A stretch of 62,206 nucleotides of DNA, the filler included, from Collodictyon triciliatum (taxonomy: Eukaryota): NCBI GenBank assembly GCA_043381765.1. It is 11 parts of 11 records of this genome, joined end to end, with 100 filler letters (N's around TTAATTAATTAA, not from the genome) between each part and the next. Parts side by side here need not be neighbours in the genome. Positions count along the whole stretch, not along the records: positions 1 to 8,999 come from JBHJMP010005198.1; positions 9,100 to 14,542 come from JBHJMP010005199.1; 9 more parts are not named here. One strand, written 5' to 3'. Positions 1 through 11,221 of the stretch are shown piece by piece (the stretch's first letter is position 1; each line of letters starts with the position of its first letter). The notes beneath the pieces were generated by a model. It saw nothing but the letters and a program-made list of their open reading frames with translations. It did no database searches and was not told the DNA's origin. The position numbers and the translations under genes were made by a program.

Positions 1-3000
1 CACCACATTAGGTGTCCAGAACAGAACCTTGATTCTCTCACAAATCACCTCTTCAACATTGCAAGCCTGGAATACCGTGGCCAAACTTGCAGATACACTG
101 AATTCGGTATCAGATATAGCATTTTATGTGTCCCAAAATGATGAATTTCTAGAATCTGAGAGTGACTTTGCTAATGTATATGCTCTATCTGGAGAACTAA
201 CAAACTCAGCCCTGAGTATTTCACAGTCGGGTGGCGAAGTTGCAAGCAGCATATTTAGAGTAAGTTGAATTCATGTGGACAATTAAAAGCGAATTTTTAT
301 AATGAAATCGCATAATTCTTCAATGTTCTATCCTAATCGTTTGAAATATCATCGCAATGGCTAGAAATTGTATACATCTTTCGATGGCATACTTCGACGA
401 GCTTTGGAAAATAGTCTCAGGAGAAGTGTTCCACATTCACGTGTCCGTACTGACCTTACCCATGAATTAATATCTTACATTCACAATGTCAGCATAGCAG
501 AGACGTCAAAATTTGTATGCGGACAAGATATATCAGAATTTGAAGGAAGAATGTATCGAGTGGAAGCACATTCAAGTAAAAAAAAAAATTGATTCTTAAC
601 TTTGATATCTCTAAGATTTGTGTATGTGTCAAATACTTTATTTGTCAATCCTTAAATGAAGACATCGGCATTGATTGAAACTCATCTGAATTTTCTTAAC
701 AGTATGGCCAGAAACTATTCCTATGCTACTATCGACGAACAAGATACAAGTGCTCATAAACTCAATCAATCTATCAAAGTCGTGCGGATATTTACGTATT
801 ATTGAAATTATGAACATGACCGTTATTGATGATGAGCAACAAGATGATTATATGGTTGAAAGGTTGGGCATTGCAATCACTTAAGCATTATCTAATTCAC
901 TATTTTTCTCAATTATAAGTAAACTGATTTCAGATAAATATCATAGGTTGCTTTCATCAACAATAGGATTAAGTTTCCTGGAGAAAGATGACGTCCAATG
1001 CTCAAGTAGCCAAGTAACGGAAGTTACATTTAATTTAACAGTGCCCACCACCTTGGACTTGAAAAGTGGTAATTTTTTTAACTAAACATACAAATACCGT
1101 GTCCATTTTTTTCGCAATCGACTATCATTTATAAATATTCGAATAATATTGAAATTAAAACCGTTTTTTCCATTATGCCCAAAAATAGATATAGTTATAT
1201 GTACTCTTCAAGATGATGACTACCCATATGATGTAGAAACAGACCAATGTCATGGGAGTTATAACCCCATAACTCAGAGCGTCACATGCACTTGTAATAA
1301 AGGAGGATACATACAGATTTACTCACGAAAAAAAACATGTAGGGAATGCAATTCAAACTCAGAATCCGTAATTTATTCAACAAGCACATTGCGTCAGTCT
1401 ACCATGAATCCTAAAAGTCATCAATCGTCAACTATATTGTCTAATTCAATTAATCGATCTCAATCTCAATCCTTATCTCTATCTCTATCTCTATCTCAAT
1501 CTAAATCTCAATCTAAATCTCAATCTAAATCTCAATCTAAATCTCAATCTAAATCCCAGTCTCAGTCTCAGTCTCAGTCTCAGTCTCAGTCTCAGTCTCA
1601 ATCTCAATCTCAATCTCAATCTCAATCTCAGTCTCAGTCTCAGTCTCAGTCTCAGTCTCAGTCTCAGTCTCAGTCTCAGTCTCAGTCTCAATCTCAATCC
1701 CAATCCCAATCCCAATCCCAATCTCAATCCCAATCTCAATCTCAATCCCAATCCCAATCTCAGTCCCAGTCTCAATCTCAATCTCAATCTCAATCTCAAT
1801 CTCAGTCTCAGTCTCAGTCTCAGTCTCAGTCTCAGTCTCAGTCTCAGTCTCAGTCTCAGTCTCAATCAAATACCCTTGGGAAAAATGTTTCATCAGTTCC
1901 TAGCTCTACAGTTTCCATATCTATTACCAAAAGTGATTTTATCTCTAAATTTTACAGGTTTGTTCTATCATTATTTTTACACTACTAAATTTCTAAATAT
2001 ATTTGTATTTATTTTTTATATTAACCAATATTTACACTAAAATCACTTTACAATCAATTGTTCTCTCATCTTTCAATATACAAGTGAGTAAAATCTTACT
2101 TTCTAGTTTATTTAGTCGTATTGATTATATTACACATATTTTCAAGTATGAACATCCTCTTGACCTATTTTAGGTGTTGAAAATCAGCCCGTTCAATTAT
2201 ATGGCGTAGAATCCAAGCCCCTTATTTATCAGCCTGATTCTAATATATTCCAGATTTTTGGAAATTGTCAAATATCCAATTTCATAATAATTACAATAAA
2301 TATTACAATAAAAGGTCAGGATTCTCTTGAAATCCGTGGAAACGAAGCCATTTATAGGGTATTTTGGCCGTCATTTCCAGTTACTCTTGTTCCGGCCTTG
2401 TATACTTCGGGGGTATTCGGTTTTCAATCTTTCATGCAAATTCAATGCGGCTTACAAGAACAAAATACCAGTCTGATTGAAAACAAGGTAAGAAGTTCGA
2501 TAATACATTTTCCTTGCATATATCCTCTCATGATGCCTATCTCCGTATTTCATTTCAAAAACGTAAATATAATGGCGTTTACTACCAGATCGATATAACT
2601 GGCATATCTCAGTGTGGTCAATTTCTTGGAGATGAGGAAACAACCTCAGTTGTCAACCAACCTTTTCGCATTCCATATGTTTTTGTGGAAGAAGACGCCG
2701 ATGGTAGTGACCTTTGCTCAGTTTTCATAACTATGGAAAGTCCCGTGAAGCTGGGCAATTGGAGTGTCTCCTCAACTATTTACTCCGAATTATCACCATT
2801 CAATTTTGAATATAAGGCTATCAGTAATCATTTGGCTGACGTTTTGTTCCATCCGCCTTTGAACTGGTCAGGCATCCTAACTTTTACCTTGAGAGCTGAA
2901 TGCAAAGACCCTTATGCCACTGAAACGGCCATGTGCTCGCGCCTTGTTAGCCACAAAATAATCGGCTTTCCCAAACTTCCTATCATTACACTTCCATCGC

Positions 3001-6000
3001 TATTGTCTTCAACCATAGACAAACCACTCCGAGTGGCATTCTTTCTGGAATTATTTAATGACGCTATTTCTGATATATATGTTATAGGAATACCTTACAC
3101 TGTCACATTCTCTTCAAAGGTAACTAAATCCTCCAAACAATTTCTCGCGTTTATTTGCTACATCGTCAATACTTTCTGGGTTCTATTTCCACTTCTTACT
3201 ATACTCTCTAAACTGAATAGGATATGGTTGGTAATCGTATAAAATCCTTAAACGGATCCATCGAGTGTATTTCTTCAAAAATTATATCATTCACATTAGT
3301 GCTTGTAGCCAATGCGACCATGACTGAGTAACAAAGCTGCTTAATTTTATTTCTAGAAAAAATCGATCACCTTTATTTTCACAATCCTTACTAAGGCTCA
3401 TTCTATCCTATGCACGGTTGACCTAACTCTTTATTGTGCAGTTACGGGCTATCCAGTGTATCGTATGCACGTACAAGAATCACCTTTCTTCCAAAAATCA
3501 GTGCGGGCGGCTTAGCTCTTGGAATAGGAGATGGTTTGCACTTTTCCAGTTTTTTATGTTTTCACTCTTTTTTATTGTTATTGGGCACTATATTGGGAAC
3601 GCAACGTCTGAGGAGATTCATCTACGTCGTTTATTTCGTTGAACTTTAGGAACTCAAGGAAGTCCTGTCATCATTCAGTCTAGTCAAAAAATATACATCG
3701 GCGATTATGTTGTTGAGAAAGGTATTATTATCGCTAAAGCATTGAGGCTTGATAGACAAAACGATTTTTTTTGGAGATTGAAAAGCTTCTTACCAAGTAT
3801 ATCTTCGCCTAGATTCTCTTCTTTCTATTTTCTTTGCGTTCCAGTGGCCTAATGGAAAGTATTTACAATTCACTACGATATACAAGACGAACAATTCATT
3901 TCCAATGGTATAAGATTCTATTCGGATTGAAGAAACGCCTCATGTTGTATACAGTTTTACGCTGATTCATATTTTGCGCCACTTTCATGCCTTTTTTTTT
4001 CTAGGATCTATTCTTCGTATTGGAGGCTTCTGTTTTAAGAAGTATCAGCTTGTATGATGTAGATAGTACGGTAAAAGCACTAAACCAACTTTCAAAAACC
4101 CCAAACGTGGATATATTTATCGGTGCTGGCAACAATATATCAATTGATTCGAGTCAAAGAACAATTAAACCCAACTCGTTGTATGTTGTTTGTCTCATGG
4201 TAATGACTGATACTTGGAGGAATTAGATTTTGTCTATTTGAATTTATTGTAGCCTTTATGAAAGCAACAAACTCTAACTATTAAACATAAAATCATTTTT
4301 ACGCAAAAAAAGACGAAAGAGAAAAACATAATATCGGAACTGAGCTTCAGTTCTGTCATAAAACCAATTAATGCAACATCGGCCATTATTCCCGCCAACA
4401 TTGTGAATGCAGTTACCACGACAGTGACAACAGCGGGTAAATGTGTGCTTCACGATTTAATATAATTTCTGAGATTCAGGTATCAGGAAAGGTCATACCA
4501 CTTCAGTGTGATCTCATTTGATAATCGACTCAACAAATTTTGTTCTGCGCACTTCGTAATCCACTTTCCAAAAGCGCAAAGTAGTTGAAGCGAAAAAACG
4601 TTTTTTTTTTAATTCGACCATTTAATAGTTGCAGTCACTGTATCGACAGCAATTGCATCCAGCGTTGCAAGTTCAGTAGCTGCCAGTGTCGGCACAAGTG
4701 TCGGCTCCAGTGTCGGCTCCAGTGTTGGTACAAGTATCGGTACAAGTGTTGGTGCTGGTGGAGGAAGCGGAGGTGCTAGCTCTAGCACCGGGTCTTCTGG
4801 AGTTATTGTGATTGCTTCTTTTTTATCAAAAGCCAATAGTATCTTATTATTCAGAGTTTAAATTTTCATTTTGTATTGACACAAAGCACCTTCTCTTACA
4901 TGTAACACAGACTCTCATAAGTCACGTTCAGTTCACCAATGTGATGGCACAATCAGAAGCTGAGCTGCCAGCTTCAGTGACTTCAACGTCAAACTCGATG
5001 TCTTGGATGAATGCTAAGGTTAAAGCCCCGATACCGGACGTTGCGCAATGTTTGGGTGACGATGTAATCATCCTCATTTGTGTTGAAGAAATAGGGCTCA
5101 GTGCGAAACAGTACATTTAAATCATAACAAAAAATTTACGATCTATTTCTACAAATCGGGGTCATAGGAGTCAAGCGGAGGACGCAAAAAAGGGATTATG
5201 CGATTCGCTGATGATATCAACTATTCTGGGGCGCTATCTTCGAAGCTCTCAATTATTTTTGTTGGACATATTTTCTGGGTTCTCATAGTATTTCTGGGAA
5301 TCCTTCTGCTACATTTTCTTATTGTCAGATGGTATGTATGTATGTATGTATGTATGTATGTATGTATGTATGTATGTATGTATGTATGTATGTATGTATG
5401 TATGTATGTATGTATGTATGTATGTATGTATGTATGTATGTATGTATNNNNNNNNNNNNNNNNNNNNNNNNNNNNNNNNNNNNNNNNNNNNNNNNNNNNN
5501 NNNNNNNNNNNNNNNNNNNNNNNNNNNNNNNNNNNNNNNNNNNNNNNNNNNNNNNNNNNNNNNNNNNNNNNNNNNNNNNNNNNNNNNNNNNNNNNNNNNN
5601 NNNNNNNNNNNNNNNNNNNNNNNNNNNNNNNNNNNNNNNNNNNNNNNNNNNNNNNNNNNNNNNNNNNNNNNNNNNNNNNNNNNNNNNNNNNNNNNNNNNN
5701 NNNNNNNNNNNNNNNNNNNNNNNNNNNNNNNNNNNNNNNNNNNNNNNNNNNNNNNNNNNNNNNNNNNNNNNNNNNNNNNNNNNNNNNNNNNNNNNNNNNN
5801 NNNNNNNNNNNNNNNNNNNNNNNNNNNNNNNNNNNNNNNNNNNNNNNNNNNNNNNNNNNNNNNNNNNNNNNNNNNNNNNNNNNNNNNNNNNNNNNNNNNN
5901 NNNNNNNNNNNNNNNNNNNNNNNNNNNNNNNNNNNNNNNNNNNNNNNNNNNNNNNNNNNNNNNNNNNNNNNNNNNNNNNNNNNNNNNNNNNNNNNNNNNN

Positions 6001-8586
6001 NNNNNNNNNNNNNNNNNNNNNNNNNNNNNNNNNNATGTATGTATGTATGTATGTATGTATGTATGTATGTATGTATGTATGTATGTATGTATGTATGTAT
6101 GTATGTATGTATGTATGTATGTATGTATGTATGTATGGTGTGGTATAATGAAGAAGCCCTGATTTATTTAATTTTTGGTATTTTGCATGATTATTAAAAT
6201 ACACCATTATATCTGCAGGTTCAGAAGAAGAAAAGCCCCCATCCCGAGTTTATTTCGCTTTCCAAACATCGAGATTTACATTTCTATGATGTTCTTTATT
6301 GGTGCTATCAACGTTACTCTTACTATTGCATTCACATGTACTCAGTTGGTGGGAAAAGTGGCTCTTGTTTTCTTGATTCTTTACCCTTTATCATTTACGG
6401 CATACGTACTATATTTTTTGGTAAGGCTTGAAAAAGATACTGCGTTCTACATTTCAGCCAGGGAAAAAGCGAAGCTTAACTTGGAATCGAAAAAAATCGC
6501 GTCTGTAAAGGTGCAGGATTGGTATCTCGGTAACATGGTCCGGGTGATTCAGGGCAAAAATCATTCTATCTTGGACGTCGAGTCAGGTATTTTTATTATT
6601 ATTATTATTATTTTTACCCTGCTATGAATTTTGAAGAAAAGTGGGTACCTGAGGTCTTTCATACTCTTTTGTCAGTCAGGTTATTTATGAGTCTATTTAT
6701 TATCCTGACATATTTGAAAATAAATGGCCAACTATTCCATTGAAACCAAGGGACGAAGTCTTTTGGGGGATTAAAAGATTTATACGACACGGAAGGTGTT
6801 GAAATGTCAAGGGAAATTCCCGTCCTTTTGTCACAAGAAGAATTGCCTACATTTGGATATGGAGCCGAGGTCTCTATGTCTACGGTGAATACAGATTTTG
6901 AAAAAATACCAAGCGATTCTGGTTCCAAACGAACATGTAGAATTTCTGAACTGCCTGATAAAGTTGAAGAAGGCATTGTAGAGGATGAGAAGAAGAGCCT
7001 TAAAGACCAAGGAGACCAAGAAGAGGAGCAAGAGCAAGGATATTGGATTCCCTATTATTCTCAAATGCTGTACTCTGGAGATATCAGAGACCCCAATACC
7101 AAAATCTATTGTGTCGCAGAAATCGAAGAGGTTAAAATTCAAAAACAAACCTCGAAAGGGAGACAACAGATGATAAAGATGAGTCTATTTCATCCAAATC
7201 CGCCATGTGAAAGGTAAAAAAACACTCCTTTGTTTTTAATAGAAAAAATAACTAACCCCTTGTGAAAACTGCATTATTCAAATTTAAGATAGTATAATTT
7301 TTAATAAATAAATATATGTAAATATTTATATTTCATCGTTTAAAAGGCTAGTTCGTTTGAAACATCTGTATGCGAGCGAGGCAGAACTTTCTACAATCAT
7401 TGGTGTCCATTCAGAAAATGGGTCACTTGTAAGAATTCGTGACCTCGAGAAAGCTGATTATTTAAAGACCCCGCTTGAATTCTATGTCAAGTCCAGCTAT
7501 CTATCCAGCATATTTGTAGACGCATACGGGCCCCTTTTTTCTGATTCTAAGGTTTTTGATTCAAAGCATTCATATATTTGATTTGTTTTTCAAAGCCAAC
7601 ATCTCCACCATCCTGCACAAAATTGAAAGGAAGAATAAATAAATAAAAAATTGATTTGTTTTACATGTATTTGATTTCACCCTCACCCGTTATTTTGGAT
7701 ATTTAGGCTGTAAGATTGGGTTATTTGTCTCTTTTTGCCGACATTACCCGAGAGTTTTTCACCTGCTTATTTATGGTCTCCATCGTCGAGCCTGTGACTC
7801 AAATGGTTGCTCTGACAGCTCTCTATGTTATTCATCTGTGTTTGTTTACATTTCTCTGGCCGCGCTTCACGAGATACGAAAATTTGGTATATGCGAACTT
7901 ACCGTTCTATTTTTCTTTTTTCTTTTTTCTTTTTTCTTTTTTCTTTTTTCTTTTTTCTTTTTTCTTTTTTCTTTTTTCTTTTTTCTTTTTTCTTTTTTCT
8001 TTTTTCTTTTTCTTTTTCTTTTCCTCTGTTATTATTTAGACTAATTTGTGTAAATGAGTCTGGTTTTAAGGCAAACCCTCTTCAAACTCTGCGTTTTTGG
8101 GAAATTAAACTGAAAATTGATGCCTTGCTAGCTGGAGCTGGTGATTTTGACTGCTGAGACGGCGTCGATTATCGCATCGGCACTGACAATATTTATATCT
8201 GATCCGAGTCCGATCATTGGCGAGTCGGTATTCCTTCTCAATATGGGAGCCACGTTAATCCTGATTTTAGCATCTATCTTTGAACAGTTTGATTCAGTAT
8301 TGACCTTCTTATCTGTAAGTTATATATATACAAAAAAAAAAAAACGTGAATTTTCACGCGCACTAGAGAAAATTATTGAACCTGAGCTTCGTGATACTTC
8401 ATCCCCCATTTGAGTTCACAAAATAGACTCTTCTTGTTTAATGTCTAGCACTGAAAGGATGCCCAGTTTCTTTTTCTTTAGTTTTCTTTAGTTTTCTTTA
8501 GTTTATATATTAATTTAAGAATTATACTTCAATTATAACTGTGTAGTTTGTACGAAAGGTGGTTCTAAATAGAATAAAACACCTCT
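1..8586 (+). CDS. Large multi-exon membrane protein: REJ/GAIN-GPS-like ectodomain, (SQ)n tract, further ectodomain, C-terminal fungal/algal TRP(PKD2/FLC)-like multi-TM region; both ends probably truncated
   Basis: GT-AG exon chain on +. Cys motif ICTLQ...QCHGSYNPITQSVTCTCNK resembles a GPS. First TM 'VAVTVSTAIASSVASSVAASVGTSVG' followed by 'LISHVQFTNVMAQ...LP', later 'AYGPLFSDSK' and 'QMVALTALYVIHLCLFTFLWPRFTRYENL', motifs typical of TRP-domain (PF06011-like) proteins. That all exons form one gene is inference. Confidence 0.6.
1459..1866 (+). repeat. Hexanucleotide TCTCAR tandem repeat encoding (Ser-Gln)n
   Basis: Inside ORF 1149..1988; units TCT/TCC-CAA/CAG, with a few SK/SL units at the start. 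Confidence 0.9.
5332..6136. repeat. (GTAT)n microsatellite in an intron, spanning assembly gap 5448-6034
   Basis: Perfect TATG units on both sides of the N-run. Confidence 0.95.
7591..7650 (+). mobile_element. 5'-truncated 3' end of L1/Tx1-like retroelement family A, intronic
   Basis: ccaccatcctgcacaaaattgaaaggaagaataaa plus A-rich tail, shared with the 3' end of the 26792-27094 copy; flanked by direct repeat ttgatttgtttt (7578-7589, 7651-7662). Confidence 0.85.
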
Positions 8587-8700
8587 GTAAGTTTTTTTTC
8601 TATTTTACATTTTCATGCATGTTTCACTCTATTCCAACATTCATACTTTTATAATATATATATATTTCTATATATTTATTTTGTTCATTTTTATGCGTAA

Positions 8701-8905
8701 CCACGATTCATGACGCAGTGGCTGGAGAGAAACCCGCTGGCAGTCCGAAAAAAGGCGATGTTGGTCTGACTGGCGACCCTGTGCACACATTCATCCATAT
8801 CAACGAGGCGGACGGAGCAGTCAACTGGATGACCCGAGTCGACGAGCCGATGGCAACCCAGGCCCACAGACAGACTTCACAGGGTTCCTTTTCCTTCTTT
8901 GCACC

Positions 8906-8954
<49 letters not shown>
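8701..8954 (+). mobile_element. Probable 3' end of a second poly(A)-tailed retroelement
   Basis: Abrupt GC-rich ~210-nt block within AT-rich intron sequence, ending in a long poly(A) at the scaffold end; short ORF tail PRFMTQWLERNPLAVRKKAMLV*. No second copy seen in the window. Confidence 0.45.
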
Positions 8955-8956
<2 letters not shown>

Positions 8957-8999
8957 ACACCAAAAAAAAAACAAAACCAACCACAAAAAACAAAAAAAA

Positions 9000-9099
9000 N
9001 NNNNNNNNNNNNNNNNNNNNNNNNNNNNNNNNNNNNNNNNNNNTTAATTAATTAANNNNNNNNNNNNNNNNNNNNNNNNNNNNNNNNNNNNNNNNNNNN
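9000..9099. other. Artificial scaffold linker N44-TTAATTAATTAA-N44 (six-frame stop)
   Basis: Identical 100-nt linkers at 9000, 14543, 20086, 25627, 31168, 36713, 42251, 47787, 53320 and 58853. Confidence 0.98.
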
Positions 9100-10009
9100 A
9101 TGATGCATTCAGTGGCATCAATTAATTAAGATTCATGCACAAGATGAGAAAAATGTGTGAAGACCAACACGATAATCCAAGCACAGCTGGTATGTGACGT
9201 TTGGGCGAGTAGAATGACTCCTCTGGTTTAGATAGTCGATCTTTGACAATAAATATACTAATAATGAAACAAAGAAGGAACGATGCTTTGTTGCGTATAA
9301 AAAGAAAAGATGAGCGAAAAAAGAAGGAACCGAAAATGAAAAGAAAAACGAAAGGAAAAGAAAATCAAAACGAAATGTGAAAAGAAAAACAATTAAAAAA
9401 ACCAAAACTAATAAAAAGAAAACTAATAAAGGGAAAACGAAAACGAAAGAAAATGGAAAAGGAAAAGGAAAAGAAAAACGAAATGATAATATTCAATTCT
9501 TACTCTTTTCCGTGATTTCGACGAGATCCTCAGATGACACGGTGTGCTGCTGGCGATCGGGTTGAACAGCTGCTGGGAAAGCCCGAGGTTGGCCATACAG
9601 TCGACATCAGTTTCTTCTCCAGCGTATTTCACCGCGCAGCAAAGACAGTATTTATGCTGCTGTTATTCGGGGCTCTTCACAGCACGCTTGCTTTGAAAAC
9701 AGATATGCAACGTTTCGGTCTGCTTCATCTCTGGCTTTCCTGCTTTGTGAGTTGCTACGATTTCCTGTTTGATTTTGTTTGTGATTCTGCTTGATCGAAG
9801 AAATCGGTTTGATCTGGAAAGACTGAAGATTCATAGAAATACAGCTTATGCGGTGTACAGATATTCGTTATATAAGGGAGGAAGTGCATCTGCAACGCCA
9901 CTAAATCTTGCATTTTTCTATTTCTTTTTCTCTTAATTCGGGTTTTTGTATGAGTGTTCGGTGGCTCTTCCATTGGTCGATGCAATAGTGTTTCCTTGGG
10001 ATTGAGGAA

Positions 10010-10987
10010 GTCGATTCATATCAACATGAGCATCACGAGGAAGACCGATGGCTGCATAACAGGCGCGGGTGGGAGGTTTCTTGGTGAAGACTAGTGAATT
10101 GGCAATTATATGCTGTGTAAAGTTTTTGCCATCTCTGATTCCCAAGAACACAAGATACATCGGTAGAAAAATAATGAGGTATCAGATAGGCTATACACGA
10201 TATATTATATACATGAAATGACCGTAAAGGATGAGATTTGGATTCAAGCTTTTCTGGCGATGGCATGTCAATAATCTATCCAGTGAATGATTATACATGG
10301 AACGTGGATTTCGTTAATCGCCGCAAAGTCTTTCGTTTGACGGAGAAGGACAGCGGTTTTGACAGCATTTACAAGAGATATCTGCCAGTCTCCACAATGA
10401 CATTCATATTCTCCAAACCAGGCTGAGTGCCTTTTGAGTGGCGTGAAAGTGACTCGGCACAGTATACGCACACACAGATAGCCCAAATGGTATCCCATCA
10501 TGATGAGGAGCTATATTGAAAAAAAATATAAACGCGTGTCTTTGTGCAATTGATTGTTCGTGATAAACCCTGGTGAGCTTGGCTTTGGACATCGGTTGCG
10601 AGCTCCGTTTTCTGCGATGATAAAAATATTTTCTTTCAGTTTGGCTTGTTGAGTGAGGGTTTTTGTTGAGTTTGTGAGAACTACTTTTGATGCAACGAGT
10701 TTTTCTTACTGCGTTTTATAAACAAGAAAGTGATGGAGTGCTTGGTTGTGGAGTATCCACCGAGGGATTCATTCCGCTTTGTCCAGAGGTGAAGAGGAAG
10801 CCCTTTGCTGCGGTCGTTTGGCTAAGAATAATATGCGACTTTGTTATGCGCAAAAGTACTTTAGTCAAAAGAGAACTTGTGCAGCAAGTATTGGGACGAT
10901 ACAATACCTTTCAGGGCCTTTCGCTTTGGGGGCAGATTCCGTGTGGATGATGTCCTTCGTAGAGCGTCTCTTTTGGGAGTCAACCAT
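10010..10987 (-). pseudogene. ridA: RidA/YjgF reactive-intermediate deaminase homologue, frameshifted, intron-containing
   Basis: Exons read MVDSQKRRSTKDIIHTESAPKAKGPE|SQTTAAKGFLFTSGQSGMNP ... LENMNVIVETG [frameshift ~10380] SLVNAVKTAVLLRQTKDFAAINEI ... FTKKPPTRACYAAIGLPRDAHV. These match RidA motifs GPYSQ, VVKTTV-L, DFAAMNEVY, PAR. Conserved Tyr is Glu and the C-terminal VEIE is degraded. Confidence 0.8.
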
Positions 10988-11221
10988 TCCTTTGGCTGAG
11001 GCTGTGATTTTTATTTTGTGAGAAGTCTACTCACCCAACAAAAAGCAAATCTTTAAAATCAATAAGTAGTCCTATTGTGCGGTGCTGTATACCCACACTA
11101 AAACAGCATAAAAATACAAAATAATAACCAAAAAACTATTGGAAAAGGAAAACAAAAGGTAAATACTCAATAGAATTTCCTTTCTTAAAAAACGCTAGAT
11201 AAGCTGAAAGCAAAAGGGATT

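Noticed and set aside
1491-1893. Minus-strand (RL)n and (ET/EI)n ORFs
   Set aside because: Antisense shadows of the (SQ)n repeat; repeat variation is synonymous only in the plus SQ frame.
5198-6207. Long ORFs with (MYVC)n/(YIHT)n and X runs
   Set aside because: Artefacts of the TATG microsatellite and N gap; the same applies to the ORFs over 32518-32893.
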